From NCBI GenBank assembly GCA_016181985.1, contig JACOYG010000001.1:1-42794 (forward strand): 42,794 bases of DNA, written 5' to 3'. A program made the translations under genes and the position numbers. Below the pieces are notes generated by a model. It did not search any database and was not told the origin of the DNA. It was given only the letters and a program-made list of their open reading frames with translations. This stretch comes from Candidatus Nealsonbacteria bacterium. Lineage in GTDB: Bacteria > Patescibacteriota > Minisyncoccia > Minisyncoccales > MHMH01. This document shows positions 24,143-33,337 of the stretch, in pieces (position 1 is the first letter of the stretch; each line of letters opens with the position of its first letter).

Positions 24143-25252
24143 ATGCTGAAACTAGATATGGATATACTGGATTGGTTGAAAAATAAGGCAAAAAACATCA
24201 AAATAGGGGGTTTAATGGCAAAACATAGGGGATCTCTTAAGGACCCCTTCCTTTATTTAGGCATATCCGCCGTTGTTTTGTATGGCATATTTACCCTTCT
24301 TATTCCGTCAAACGAGGCCATTTCCCCGTTTTTTACCGAAACACAGAGTACATCCGGAGGCACTTTCATTACCTCCACGGAAAAAGTTAAAGAATCTCCG
24401 GACTTAAGCATAATTCAAAAAAACAGCTTAGCTGCTATTTCCCCTCCTATTATGGTTACGCCGCAAGTTTTGGGAGCCCTAGCCGGAGGAGAGACTTACG
24501 AATCGCAGAATAAAGAGGTGGTAGAATATATTGTTCAGCCGGGAGATACTATTGGGTCAATCGCGGATAAATTCAATATTTCAGTGGAAACCGTCCTTTC
24601 GGCGAACAACCTTAGCAAGAATTCACTTATTCAGATTGGCCAGAAATTGGTCATTTTGCCGGTATCGGGCGTAATTCATTACGTTAAAAAAGGCGATACT
24701 ATTTCAGAAATCGCCCAGACATACAAGGCGAAAATAGATGAAATCATAGCCTTTAACGATCTGTCGGGCGAGGGCGACATAGCAATCGGAGACATTTTAA
24801 TTATACCCAATGGCGTGATGCCTCCGCCGGTAGTTTATGCTCCAAAAGCTATCCCTATAGCCAACAGTTATTTCATTTGTCCCATCGGACAGCCGTGTCG
24901 GATCACTCAGGGGCTGCATTGGTATAACGCCATTGATTTTAGCCACGGCAAATGCGGGGAACCGATATATGCCGCGGCAGCAGGAGAAGTTTTGAAGGTA
25001 AAACTTACTAGTTCTACTTCTAAATTGGCTTTCAGCGGAGCAGGAAATCATATGACTATATTGCATCCGAATGGAGCGGTTACCTTTTATGGTCACTTGC
25101 AGGCAGCATTGGTAAATCCGGGCGATTATGTTTCACAGGGGCGAATGATCGCCACGGTGGGTGGACAACCTGGCACTCCCGGAGCCGGCAAATCAACGGG
25201 TTGCCACCTACACTTTGAAGTAATCGGCGCCAGGAATCCGTTTAGTAAATAA
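24143..25252 (+). CDS. LysM-domain M23 family peptidoglycan metalloendopeptidase
   Basis: TM anchor, two LysM repeats (YIVQPGDTIGSIADKF..., HYVKKGDTISEIAQTY...) and an M23 catalytic region ending HLHFEV. True start may be an internal ATG (a -10-like TATGCT overlaps 24143). Confidence 0.85.
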   Translation: MLKLDMDILDWLKNKAKNIKIGGLMAKHRGSLKDPFLYLGISAVVLYGIFTLLIPSNEAISPFFTETQSTSGGTFITSTEKVKESPDLSIIQKNSLAAISPPIMVTPQVLGALAGGETYESQNKEVVEYIVQPGDTIGSIADKFNISVETVLSANNLSKNSLIQIGQKLVILPVSGVIHYVKKGDTISEIAQTYKAKIDEIIAFNDLSGEGDIAIGDILIIPNGVMPPPVVYAPKAIPIANSYFICPIGQPCRITQGLHWYNAIDFSHGKCGEPIYAAAAGEVLKVKLTSSTSKLAFSGAGNHMTILHPNGAVTFYGHLQAALVNPGDYVSQGRMIATVGGQPGTPGAGKSTGCHLHFEVIGARNPFSK

Positions 25253-25328
25253 AAATCAACGAATAGCGAATCGGTTACGAATATACGAATTCGTATATTC
25301 GCGATAAATTCGTTATTCGTTGATTTTT
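25253..25328. terminator. Long compound palindrome / bidirectional terminator between convergent genes
   Basis: Outer arms AAAATCAACGAATA.CGAAT / ATTCGTTATTCGTTGATTTT. Perfect central 24 bp palindrome CGAATATACGAATTCGTATATTCG (25278-25301). Confidence 0.7.
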
Positions 25329-25695
25329 ATTTCTGGCACTTCATACAGAGACGGGCTGCCGGGTTCACCATAAGGCGTTTTTCGTCGATATCCTTGCCGC
25401 AATCCTCGCATTTTCCGTAATCTTTGGTACCGATCTTTTCTAGGGCAATATTAATATCTCTTAATTTCAGCTCCATGCTGTGCTCTACGGGCAGGCGCGT
25501 GCCATACTCTTCTACCTCGTCGGCCGCGCTTTCTAGGGCAGCTCCCCCGAATTCACCGTTGAATTTCGGGAACTTAGAATCCCAGTCCCCTTTCAGGTTG
25601 GGATCTTTATCGGCAAATGTTTTTAACTGTCCCTCCAGGGCAGCTTTTTCTTTTTCTAATTTATCCTTTAATTCTTCTAAGGTTTGTTTATTCAT
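25327..25695 (-). CDS. DksA/TraR-family C4 zinc-finger protein
   Basis: C-terminal CEDCGKDI...CMKCQ four-cysteine finger after a coiled-coil N-terminus. ATG at 25695 (MNKQTLEEL) preferred over the upstream GTG at 25737. Confidence 0.8.
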   Translation of the reverse strand: MNKQTLEELKDKLEKEKAALEGQLKTFADKDPNLKGDWDSKFPKFNGEFGGAALESAADEVEEYGTRLPVEHSMELKLRDINIALEKIGTKDYGKCEDCGKDIDEKRLMVNPAARLCMKCQK

Positions 25696-25852
25696 ATTAT
25701 TTATTTTATCAAACAAAAAAGGAGCTGGCAAGTCCACAATAAATTGATAAAGGAACTCAGCTCCTCTCTTTGATTCTTCGCGTTAGCTCAGAACCTTATC
25801 TTAGCCGAGTCTCGGCCGAGACCTAAGACTCCGCTGGGAATGTGCTACTTCT

Positions 25853-25881
25853 ATTATCTCAAAAACAGAAAGTCGTGTCAA
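25853..25881 (-). promoter_or_regulatory. Sigma70-type promoter ahead of a ~150 nt structured leader of the DksA-like gene
   Basis: Minus strand TTGACA - 17 nt - GATAAT. The leader contains the palindrome GTCTCGGCCGAGAC and a hairpin AGGAGCTG...CAGCTCC followed by TTTTTTGTTT (25710-25765). Confidence 0.55.
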
Positions 25882-25912
25882 CATGGCTTTTCCACAACTT
25901 ATCCCCACCGCC

Positions 25913-28285
25913 CTAATTGTTAAAGTAATTTTGTTTTAACCTAATAATCCTTAGTGTTGCTCTGTCAATTAATTCCTCGGATATTTTACCCGTACGGATT
26001 GATTCCTTAAGAATAGAAGCCGCATCAGCCCCCGATCTTAAATCGGAAAAAAGCAGTATATCAACCCCTGATTTAATCGGCATAGTCACGGCCTCTTTTA
26101 CGGAAAAATTAACAGAGAAAGCTTTTTGCGCTAAATCATCGGTGATTATAAGAGGGTTTTCTCCCAGCTTTTCTTTTAAAAAAGCGATGCCCTTTGATGA
26201 AAAGGCAACTGGCAAAGCAGAATCAATGGCTGGATAGATGACGCTAGCCAGCATAACAAGCTCCGGATTACTCTCCATGGCTTTTTGAAAATGAGCGATC
26301 GGCGGGATGCCGCTTAGAGTAGCCAGTTTCTCCTCGGGATTAAAAGAAATTCCGCTGTAACCCGGAAAGTGTTTTATCGCAGTTAAAATACCCGCTGTTT
26401 TTTGGCCGGAAATCAATGCTTTTGCTAAGACACCGGTTTTCTCCGAATCTTTTTGAAAAGATCGTCCATACAGAAAGTCTCCGGGATACGCTAAATCCAA
26501 AAGCGGCGATAAATTAAGATTAATTCCTAGCTTTTTTAATTCCCCGCCTCTTTCAAGCCCGACCTCGTAGGCCTGACTAGTGCTTTCTAATTCATATTGG
26601 CCGGTCTTTTCCTCGGTAAAGTCCATTCGCGATACCATTCCCCCCTCTTGGTCAATGGCTATGAAAAGCGGGAGGCCCGTTTCTGACAAAGAAATTTTTT
26701 GCACGCCCTGCAGCAATCTTTTGATTTGATCCGGGCTTTCAATATTTTTTTTGAATAAAATTATTCCTCCGGGCCGCGTTGTTTTGATAAAATTTTCAAT
26801 TTCCGGAGTTAAGGCTGTTCCGTTAATTCCGATTATGAGTAATTGTCCGATTTTTTGATCCAAAGTTAGCTGCCTTAAAATAAACTCAGCCCCGTCGTTG
26901 TGGCTGGGAACCGCTAAAGAGATTAATAGTTTGAACTTATCCCAGTCAAAATTCCACGGAGTGGTTTTACTTGGGGCAATATCCTTATACCCGAGAATAT
27001 TTTCTGCCGAGATGCCATATTTTTCTTTAAGAACTTTAACGAGCCAACTCAATGATTCGTATTGAGCGTCATTTGGGCTTTCCGATGCTTTATAAACGAG
27101 GCTTATGCCGATAGAAAAATTATTTACATTGCTCCTGCCATCGGGCATTCGGCCGGCTCCGGCATGATAAGCAATCGCGCTATCGGGGGCTAATTGGTAG
27201 ATGGCGCCATCACGGCCTATCAAGTAATGCGTGGCGACCTTAGCTGCTTGGTATAACTCTATAATGTTTTCTATGTTATAAGGGTCGCCATTTTCGTTAT
27301 TGCCGGAGTGGATGATGATTGCGTCAATACTTTTTAGCGTATCGGGCAGATAATAACCCACACTAAGAAGCCGTTGGACAATCACCGGTTGCTTTTTTAC
27401 TGTTTCTTGAGCAGCCGGCGGAGTTGCGGGGAGCGCTTCTCTGATTACGCTGGTGTCAGGCCTAATTACTAAATACCAGTACCAAAATGTGCCGACTGCG
27501 GCTAAAATTGCCAAAATAAAGAGAGAGGCAATTATCCTAACCCAAATTTTTTCGAAAATAGAAGATTTGCCGGGAAAATAACCGGTAATTTTCGGTACAG
27601 GAATGGCAGGTAATTTAACCTTGGGCAAGGAGATGGACGGCAGAGGAAATTTAAATGGTTTTTTGGCTTCCTCCTTCGCCCCGCTAAGCGGGGCTTCGGC
27701 GGGCAAGTCGGCTGGCCTTAGCGAGATCGGCGGTATCGGCACAATCGGCGGTTGGGGTATTTCAATCTTCGCCTGCGGGGCTTCAGTAGGCGGCATTACC
27801 GGTTGCGGCGCTGGCCTTTGATAGACTGGAGGAGGCGCTATTGGAGGCGTGTATGGTTTTTCCTCCACTGCCCGCCCCTCTGCTTTTGCTGAAACATTTT
27901 CCAAGAATTTTCTCCTGGTTTCCTCCTCTTTTGTTTGAGCTTCTTTTAATTGCGCTCTTAACGATTCCTTTTTTTCTTCTTCTATCTTGGCCGCCATAGA
28001 CGAGTCTGAGGCGGCAGAAGCGGCTCTGTCCATCCTCGCCCTTGCCAGCTCTTCCTCTTTTCTTTTTGCTTTCGCTTCCAGCTCCTCTCTTTCTTGCGCC
28101 GCTTGTTTGGACTCTTCCAGTCTTTCAGCTTCTTTGGCCGCCTCTTCCCCTGTTTTCAATTGGGCTACTTTTTCTCTTACTGTTTCTGATTCTTGCTCTC
28201 GAAGACGGGCTATGTCTTTTTCCATAGTCCTAATTTCGTCTCTTTTGAGATATTGTGATTTTTGATTAGTTGTTTCCTCTGGCAT
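25913..28285 (-). CDS. Membrane-anchored fusion: coiled-coil/Pro-rich N-terminus, TM, N-acetylmuramoyl-L-alanine amidase (Amidase_2/AmpD-like) and GH3 beta-N-acetylhexosaminidase (NagZ-like)
   Basis: 790 aa. Amidase region IIIHSGNN...THYLIGRDGAIYQL...AYHAG...NNFSIGISLV. GH3 region LTLDQKIGQLLIIG...AIDQEGGMVSRM...KHFPGYSG. Single TM at about aa 240-265. Confidence 0.8.
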   Translation of the reverse strand: MPEETTNQKSQYLKRDEIRTMEKDIARLREQESETVREKVAQLKTGEEAAKEAERLEESKQAAQEREELEAKAKRKEEELARARMDRAASAASDSSMAAKIEEEKKESLRAQLKEAQTKEEETRRKFLENVSAKAEGRAVEEKPYTPPIAPPPVYQRPAPQPVMPPTEAPQAKIEIPQPPIVPIPPISLRPADLPAEAPLSGAKEEAKKPFKFPLPSISLPKVKLPAIPVPKITGYFPGKSSIFEKIWVRIIASLFILAILAAVGTFWYWYLVIRPDTSVIREALPATPPAAQETVKKQPVIVQRLLSVGYYLPDTLKSIDAIIIHSGNNENGDPYNIENIIELYQAAKVATHYLIGRDGAIYQLAPDSAIAYHAGAGRMPDGRSNVNNFSIGISLVYKASESPNDAQYESLSWLVKVLKEKYGISAENILGYKDIAPSKTTPWNFDWDKFKLLISLAVPSHNDGAEFILRQLTLDQKIGQLLIIGINGTALTPEIENFIKTTRPGGIILFKKNIESPDQIKRLLQGVQKISLSETGLPLFIAIDQEGGMVSRMDFTEEKTGQYELESTSQAYEVGLERGGELKKLGINLNLSPLLDLAYPGDFLYGRSFQKDSEKTGVLAKALISGQKTAGILTAIKHFPGYSGISFNPEEKLATLSGIPPIAHFQKAMESNPELVMLASVIYPAIDSALPVAFSSKGIAFLKEKLGENPLIITDDLAQKAFSVNFSVKEAVTMPIKSGVDILLFSDLRSGADAASILKESIRTGKISEELIDRATLRIIRLKQNYFNN

Positions 28286-30356
28286 TGACCTCTTTCATTG
28301 ATAAATTGATCCTGCCCTGGTCGTCAATTTCAATAACTTTTACCGGAACAATGTCCCCTATTTTTACTATGTCTTCAACTTTCTCAACGCGATAAGGCGC
28401 CAATTGAGAAATATGGACCAGGCCCTCTTGCCCGGGAAGAATTTCCACGAAAGCTCCAAAATTCATAATTCTTTTAACTTTTCCTTGAAAGGTTTCGCCC
28501 ACCTTAACTTCCCTGGTGATATCGCTGATCCATTCCAGGGCTTTTTTAGCGGCCTCCTCCTTTTCCGCAGTGATGAATATTTTGCCCGAGTCCTCAATGT
28601 CGATGGCAACCTCGCATTTATCGATTATTTCATTGATAATTTTGCCGCCAGGCCCTATTACTTCTCTGATTTTTTCGGGTTTAATTTGTATGGTGTAGAT
28701 TCTGGGAGCCCATGGCGATAATTCCGGTCTGGGTTTAGGCAAAACTTTATCTATTTTTTCCAAAATTTGCAGTCTTACTTTTTTAGCCAAATTTAAGGCA
28801 TCTTTCATGATGCTTTCGTTTATTCCCTCTATCTTAACGTCCATCTGAATAGCGGTAATGCCGTTTTTTGTGCCGGCTATTTTAAAATCCATGTCTCCGT
28901 GATGATCCTCGGGGCCCTGGATATCGGCTAATACTTTGTATTTGCCGGATTCATCGGTCATCAAACCCATGGCGATTCCGGCTGCTGCCGACTTGATCGG
29001 CACTCCGGCATCCATCAAGGCCAAAGAAGCGGCTGAAACCGAGGCCATGGATGAAGAGCCGTTTGAAGATAAAATTTCAGTTACCGTTCTCATGGTGTAC
29101 GGGAAATCATCAAAATTGGGCACTAAAGAAAAAAGAGCTTTTTCTGCCAGCATGCCATGGCCGATTTCCCGGCGTCCGGGCCCCCTCATCGGCTTAACTT
29201 CGCCGGAAGAATAAGGTGGAAAATTATAGTGATGCATGAATCTCTTTTTTCCCCTTATTTCCATGCCGTCTAAAAGCCTTACATCGGAAGGCGCTCCCAA
29301 GGTTAGGATAGAAAGGGCCTTGGTCTGTCCCCTCATAAAAAGGCCGGAGCCGTGCGTTCTCGGCAAAAGGCCGACCTCAACCTCAATCGGTCTTATTTCG
29401 TCGAGTTTTCTGCCGTCGGGCCTCTTGTCTTTTTTCAAAATATTTTCGTGAATTAACCTGTTTATTTCCTCATCGAAGATTTTTTTAACCGAAGATTGCT
29501 TTCCGGGGTATTTTTCTTCAATATGCAAAAGCAATTCTTCTTTCAGCGAATCAACTTTCTCTATTTGATTTTTATCCGGGTAAAGAGCTTTTTCTAGCCT
29601 GTCGCCGATAAATTTCATTGCTTCGTTTTCCAATTCTTTGTCTTCCGGCGCTTCTTTAATGGCGATTTTTTCTTTGCCGGTTTTTTTAATGATTTCTTTT
29701 TGAAAATCAAGAAGTTTTTTGGAATATTGTTTGGCGAACTGCCAGGCCTCGAGCATGGTTTCTTCGCCTTTTTCCGCCCCCTCCATTTCAATCATGTTTA
29801 TAATATCGGGATCCGTGCCGGCAAAAAGTAAATCAAACTGGCCGTTGCCTCTTTCTTCGTAAGTCGGATTTAGTATAAATTTATTGTCGATTTGGCCGAT
29901 TCTTAAAACACTTAAGGGGCCCTGCCAAGGAATGTCGGAGATGGAAAGAGCGATTGATGCGGCCAGCAAACCTATTGCGTCGGGGTCGTTTTGCCCGTCC
30001 CACGAAAGGCAGGTGATAACTACCTGTATTTCTTTGCGCAGATTTTTGGGAAACCTCGGCCTGATGGCCCTGTCAATTGCTCTGGCGGTGAGTACGGCCT
30101 CATCCGAGGGCCGGCCTTCCCTTCTCATGAAGCGCGAGCCGAGAATTTTTCCAGCGGCATAGTATCTTTCTTCGTATTCCACCGTTAAAGGGAAAAAATC
30201 CTGTTCCATTTTCTTGTCAGCCATGACGGCCGTGGCTAAAACCACCGTATCGCCGTACCTGACAAAAACCGAACCGTTGGCTTTTTCGGCCAAGTTATTT
30301 ACATCAACAATAATATCCCTGCCGCCAAGTTCTAGTTTAAAAGTTTCTTTAGGCAT
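28266..30356 (-). CDS. pnp: Polyribonucleotide nucleotidyltransferase (PNPase)
   Basis: 696 aa. Two RNase PH-like domains, KH and C-terminal S1 (GKVKRIMNFGAFVEILPGQEGLVHISQL). Confidence 0.95.
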   Translation of the reverse strand: MPKETFKLELGGRDIIVDVNNLAEKANGSVFVRYGDTVVLATAVMADKKMEQDFFPLTVEYEERYYAAGKILGSRFMRREGRPSDEAVLTARAIDRAIRPRFPKNLRKEIQVVITCLSWDGQNDPDAIGLLAASIALSISDIPWQGPLSVLRIGQIDNKFILNPTYEERGNGQFDLLFAGTDPDIINMIEMEGAEKGEETMLEAWQFAKQYSKKLLDFQKEIIKKTGKEKIAIKEAPEDKELENEAMKFIGDRLEKALYPDKNQIEKVDSLKEELLLHIEEKYPGKQSSVKKIFDEEINRLIHENILKKDKRPDGRKLDEIRPIEVEVGLLPRTHGSGLFMRGQTKALSILTLGAPSDVRLLDGMEIRGKKRFMHHYNFPPYSSGEVKPMRGPGRREIGHGMLAEKALFSLVPNFDDFPYTMRTVTEILSSNGSSSMASVSAASLALMDAGVPIKSAAAGIAMGLMTDESGKYKVLADIQGPEDHHGDMDFKIAGTKNGITAIQMDVKIEGINESIMKDALNLAKKVRLQILEKIDKVLPKPRPELSPWAPRIYTIQIKPEKIREVIGPGGKIINEIIDKCEVAIDIEDSGKIFITAEKEEAAKKALEWISDITREVKVGETFQGKVKRIMNFGAFVEILPGQEGLVHISQLAPYRVEKVEDIVKIGDIVPVKVIEIDDQGRINLSMKEVNARGNN

Positions 30357-30856
30357 TATTTTTTTAATAAATAAATTTCAGGGGATTCTCCCAAGTCAAT
30401 AAACTCATCGGCTACCTCTCTTAATTTACTGGAGGCCGATTTGCCAAAGGCCATTACCTCGACCCTGATCCCCTGATTTTTTAAGTATTCAACCAGCTGA
30501 ATAAAGTCGCCATCTCCCGAAACCAAAACAATAACATCCGCCTTATTGGCGCATTTGATGGCGTCAACGGAAATTCCCACATCCCAATCGGCTTTCTTCA
30601 TGCCGCCGTAAAACTCCTGCAGATCCCTAACTCTAGTTTCCATGCCCAGCTTAATCAAGGCGTCAAAAAACGGCTTTTCTTCGCCGGTTTTAGTTCTAAC
30701 TACATAGGCAAAAGCTCTGATTAACCGCCTTTCCGAAACCGCTGATTTTAAAATTTCAGCGAAGTTAGCCTTCGCCCGATAGAGATTTTTGGCGGAATGA
30801 TACATATTCTGCACGTCGATCAGAACCACCACTCTTTGTTCTTTAGGTTTGAGCAT
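30356..30856 (-). CDS. NYN/LabA-like (DUF88) domain protein
   Basis: 166 aa. VVVLIDVQNMYHSAK... and VLVSGDGDFIQLVEYLKNQGIRVEVMAFG are typical of NYN/LabA PIN-like nucleases. Start and stop overlap rpsO and pnp. Confidence 0.8.
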   Translation of the reverse strand: MLKPKEQRVVVLIDVQNMYHSAKNLYRAKANFAEILKSAVSERRLIRAFAYVVRTKTGEEKPFFDALIKLGMETRVRDLQEFYGGMKKADWDVGISVDAIKCANKADVIVLVSGDGDFIQLVEYLKNQGIRVEVMAFGKSASSKLREVADEFIDLGESPEIYLLKK

Positions 30857-31122
30857 TACTTTTTTACGCCGATTTTTTTAATAGTGCTGTTGTATTTTCT
30901 GGTATCCGCTTCTTTTAAATAGTTCAGCAATTTTTTTCTTTTAGACACCATTTTTAAAAGCCCGCGCCTGGAATGGACGTCCTTTTTGTGTTTTTTTAAA
31001 TGAGAAAGCAGCCTTTTGATTTCTTCGGTCAATAAAGCGATTTGCACTTCTTCAGATCCGGTATCCTTTTCGTGCCTCTTAAAATCCTCTATAACTTTTG
31101 TTTTTTCTTTTGTTGTGAGCAT
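30856..31122 (-). CDS. rpsO: 30S ribosomal protein S15
   Basis: 88 aa. [48 protein letters not shown]. Confidence 0.95.
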   Translation of the reverse strand: MLTTKEKTKVIEDFKRHEKDTGSEEVQIALLTEEIKRLLSHLKKHKKDVHSRRGLLKMVSKRKKLLNYLKEADTRKYNSTIKKIGVKK

Positions 31123-31174
31123 ATATATTAATATCTTAGCACATAAATTTTATTATTGCAAAATTTATGATTTG

Positions 31175-31247
31175 TGCCCCCAGCAGGGCTCGAACCTGCA
31201 ACCTTCTCGTTAAGAGCGAGCTGCTCTACCAGTTGAGCTATGGAGGC
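31175..31247 (-). tRNA. tRNA-Lys (anticodon CUU)
   Basis: Hand-folded cloverleaf: acceptor GCCTCCA/TGGGGGC, D arm GCTC-AACTGGTA-GAGC, anticodon loop CTCTTAA, T arm GCAGG-TTCGAGC-CCTGC, discriminator A. No encoded CCA. Confidence 0.85.
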
Positions 31248-31252
31248 CCTTC

Positions 31253-31681
31253 TTACGGAGTTTTGCACTGAATATTATACCATTTCCAGCCATTCCCCAA
31301 TTCAACAACCCCGATTTTATCAAACACGGTGTTAACAATAACCCAAGCGGCAAAAATAATCAAGAGGCCGACAACAGCCGCAGTGATTACCCCCTTAGCT
31401 TTGTTAAAAGCATCGGCTTTTGCTCCGGCAAAAAGCAGCAACACCCCGCCGATTATAAACATCAGAGACGCCACGGTCGGAACCACCCAAGTGAATATCC
31501 ACTCAAGGAGATTGCTACCCATCACAAAAATATCGCAGAACTCGCAAGGCACATAACCTAATGTTGCATCTATGCGGTTAGCCGGTTCAACAATCCCCGG
31601 TCCGCAGGTCACTAAGGCTGCTTGGACTTGGCTAATTCCCAAAAATAAAAACAAAAAAATTACTAAAAATATTTTTTTCAT
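31253..31681 (-). CDS. VirB2/TrbC-like T4SS pilin (free-standing)
   Basis: 142 aa. Signal peptide, LVTCGPG...PCEFCD motif, then two TM helices separated by the basic loop AGAKADAFNKAKG. Same architecture as the C-termini of 20678-23122 and 17401-18819. Confidence 0.75.
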   Translation of the reverse strand: MKKIFLVIFLFLFLGISQVQAALVTCGPGIVEPANRIDATLGYVPCEFCDIFVMGSNLLEWIFTWVVPTVASLMFIIGGVLLLFAGAKADAFNKAKGVITAAVVGLLIIFAAWVIVNTVFDKIGVVELGNGWKWYNIQCKTP

Positions 31682-31816
31682 TATTTTATTATACCATGTT
31701 TAATTTTTTGCTTGTTTTTGAATATTTTCCAAAATTCAATGGCTCTTTTCAGCCAAAGCATTCTTTGATAAGGGGTAGTATTTTCAAAAATATAAATTAA
31801 ATTTTCGTCCACGTAT

Positions 31817-32329
31817 TTATCGCTTTTTTTCATTTTGTTTAATTTTTTTAAGATTTTCTACATCAATAATGTCTTTGGGCCTGGCTAATGCCGCCTTCAT
31901 TTTTATCAGGTCATTCATGAAAATCAGAGGTATTTTCAAGCGCCCGGCTTTAATAAACTTTTTTCTTTTTAAGATCTGCGAGACATTGGGCAAGTTTACG
32001 CCGACGTCCACGGTTTTGAAGGCATCTTTCGGATCATAAAAAGACATTACTTTCATGTTTTTTTCCTTCGCCAGCCTTGCCAATGTTTCTTTTCGAATAA
32101 ATTCGTTTTTTTTGATGGGAACCCTCGTTTTGTATCCTAATTTTAGCAGGACATCGTAAAGTTTTTCTAGGTTTTTCTCATCTAAAGATACTATTAAATC
32201 TAAATCAATAGTTAATCTTGCGAAACCAAACATAACTACCGCCGATCCCCCGCAGACGACATAATCAACCCTCGCTTTATTCAAAGCCCTGTAAACCTCT
32301 TCGTAAGGAATTTCTTCCCGACTTCTCAT
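31817..32329 (-). CDS. Minimal nucleotidyltransferase-fold protein (MNT/AbiEii-like)
   Basis: 170 aa. VVCGGSAVVMFGFARLTIDLDLIV fits the G-[GS]-x(9-13)-D-x-D polymerase-beta NTase motif. Confidence 0.55.
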   Translation of the reverse strand: MRSREEIPYEEVYRALNKARVDYVVCGGSAVVMFGFARLTIDLDLIVSLDEKNLEKLYDVLLKLGYKTRVPIKKNEFIRKETLARLAKEKNMKVMSFYDPKDAFKTVDVGVNLPNVSQILKRKKFIKAGRLKIPLIFMNDLIKMKAALARPKDIIDVENLKKIKQNEKKR

Positions 32330-32407
32330 GGTTATATCTTAACAGATTTATCGGCATTCTGCTAGGTTTCGCGCCCGAATAAAGGAGAACTGTTCTCCTT
32401 CGCTGTA

Positions 32408-33331
32408 TTACGCGCGTTCCAAGATTTTAAATCCGTCCATTATGGCATCGCAGAGAAAATCCTCCAGCTGACTGTGGTCGTTCTTGGTTTGCGCTTTGTA
32501 AAGATAAGTGTAATAAAGCTGTTTTTGTTCTTGGCGGATAATAGCCGGGGCAAAATTGGCCTTTAATAACATAGCTTGCGTCAGCAGGCGTCCGATGCGG
32601 CCGTTGCCGTCAGAGAATGGATGAATTTGTTCAAATTGACTATGGATTTTAGCGGTCAAGGCGATAACATCTTTAGTTATTTGAGCGGCTTCTTTGGCAA
32701 GCGCCGGCATAAAATCGGGGATTTTTAGATAATTAACCGTCGGCAAATTGCTGCCGGTAATTCGTACAGCGTGGCGGCGATATTGGCCGGCATCGCCGAG
32801 AATACCGTTCATTAGAATAGCGTGGAGTTTTAAAATTAAATTTTCGTCTATTGCGCCATTTTTGAGAATATAGTCAAAAAGATAATTAAGCGCGGCTTGG
32901 TGGTTTTTTGCTTCCAGCTGTTCCGTCAAAGTTTTATCTGGCAGGGCGGCATTGTCAAAAAGAATGGCGGCCGTATCCGGTTCGGTGAGAGTGTTCCCCT
33001 CTATGCGGTTGGTGTGGTAAGTAAGCTTTAGAATGAATTGGTCGCGAATATCCGGATTATCTAAAATCTCGGCAACAACGCTTTTGTGTTCAGATGATTT
33101 TTGGCGCAGTATCCGTTTTTTTGCGTTAAGCTGTTCTGACGAGATAATTTTTTGGCCAGTAACCTCTAAAAATAGTTGCTCAATGGCGGCTTGCATCTTT
33201 GGGCGAGGCGTTGATTTGCCGGTCCACCAGCTGTTAAATGCAGCAAAAGATACGCCGAATCGTTCGGCTAATTTAGTTTGCGTGAGCCCCAGTAATTTTT
33301 GGATGATTTCCAATTTTTGACGGACGGTCAT
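32408..33331 (-). CDS. Fic-domain protein with N-terminal XRE-type helix-turn-helix
   Basis: HTH LGLTQTKLAERFGVSFAAFNSWW at the N-terminus. Canonical Fic motif HPFSDGNGRIGR. Confidence 0.88.
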   Translation of the reverse strand: MTVRQKLEIIQKLLGLTQTKLAERFGVSFAAFNSWWTGKSTPRPKMQAAIEQLFLEVTGQKIISSEQLNAKKRILRQKSSEHKSVVAEILDNPDIRDQFILKLTYHTNRIEGNTLTEPDTAAILFDNAALPDKTLTEQLEAKNHQAALNYLFDYILKNGAIDENLILKLHAILMNGILGDAGQYRRHAVRITGSNLPTVNYLKIPDFMPALAKEAAQITKDVIALTAKIHSQFEQIHPFSDGNGRIGRLLTQAMLLKANFAPAIIRQEQKQLYYTYLYKAQTKNDHSQLEDFLCDAIMDGFKILERA

Positions 33332-33337
33332 AAAACT

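Noticed and set aside
25790-25830. tRNA-like fragment GCGTTAGCTCAGAACC in the DksA-gene leader
   Set aside because: Only a D-arm-like string is present. No acceptor, anticodon or T arms can be folded.
27603-28265. Plus-strand ORFs antisense to the coiled-coil/Pro-rich part of the amidase-NagZ gene
   Set aside because: These are low-complexity shadows of a biased-composition coding region.
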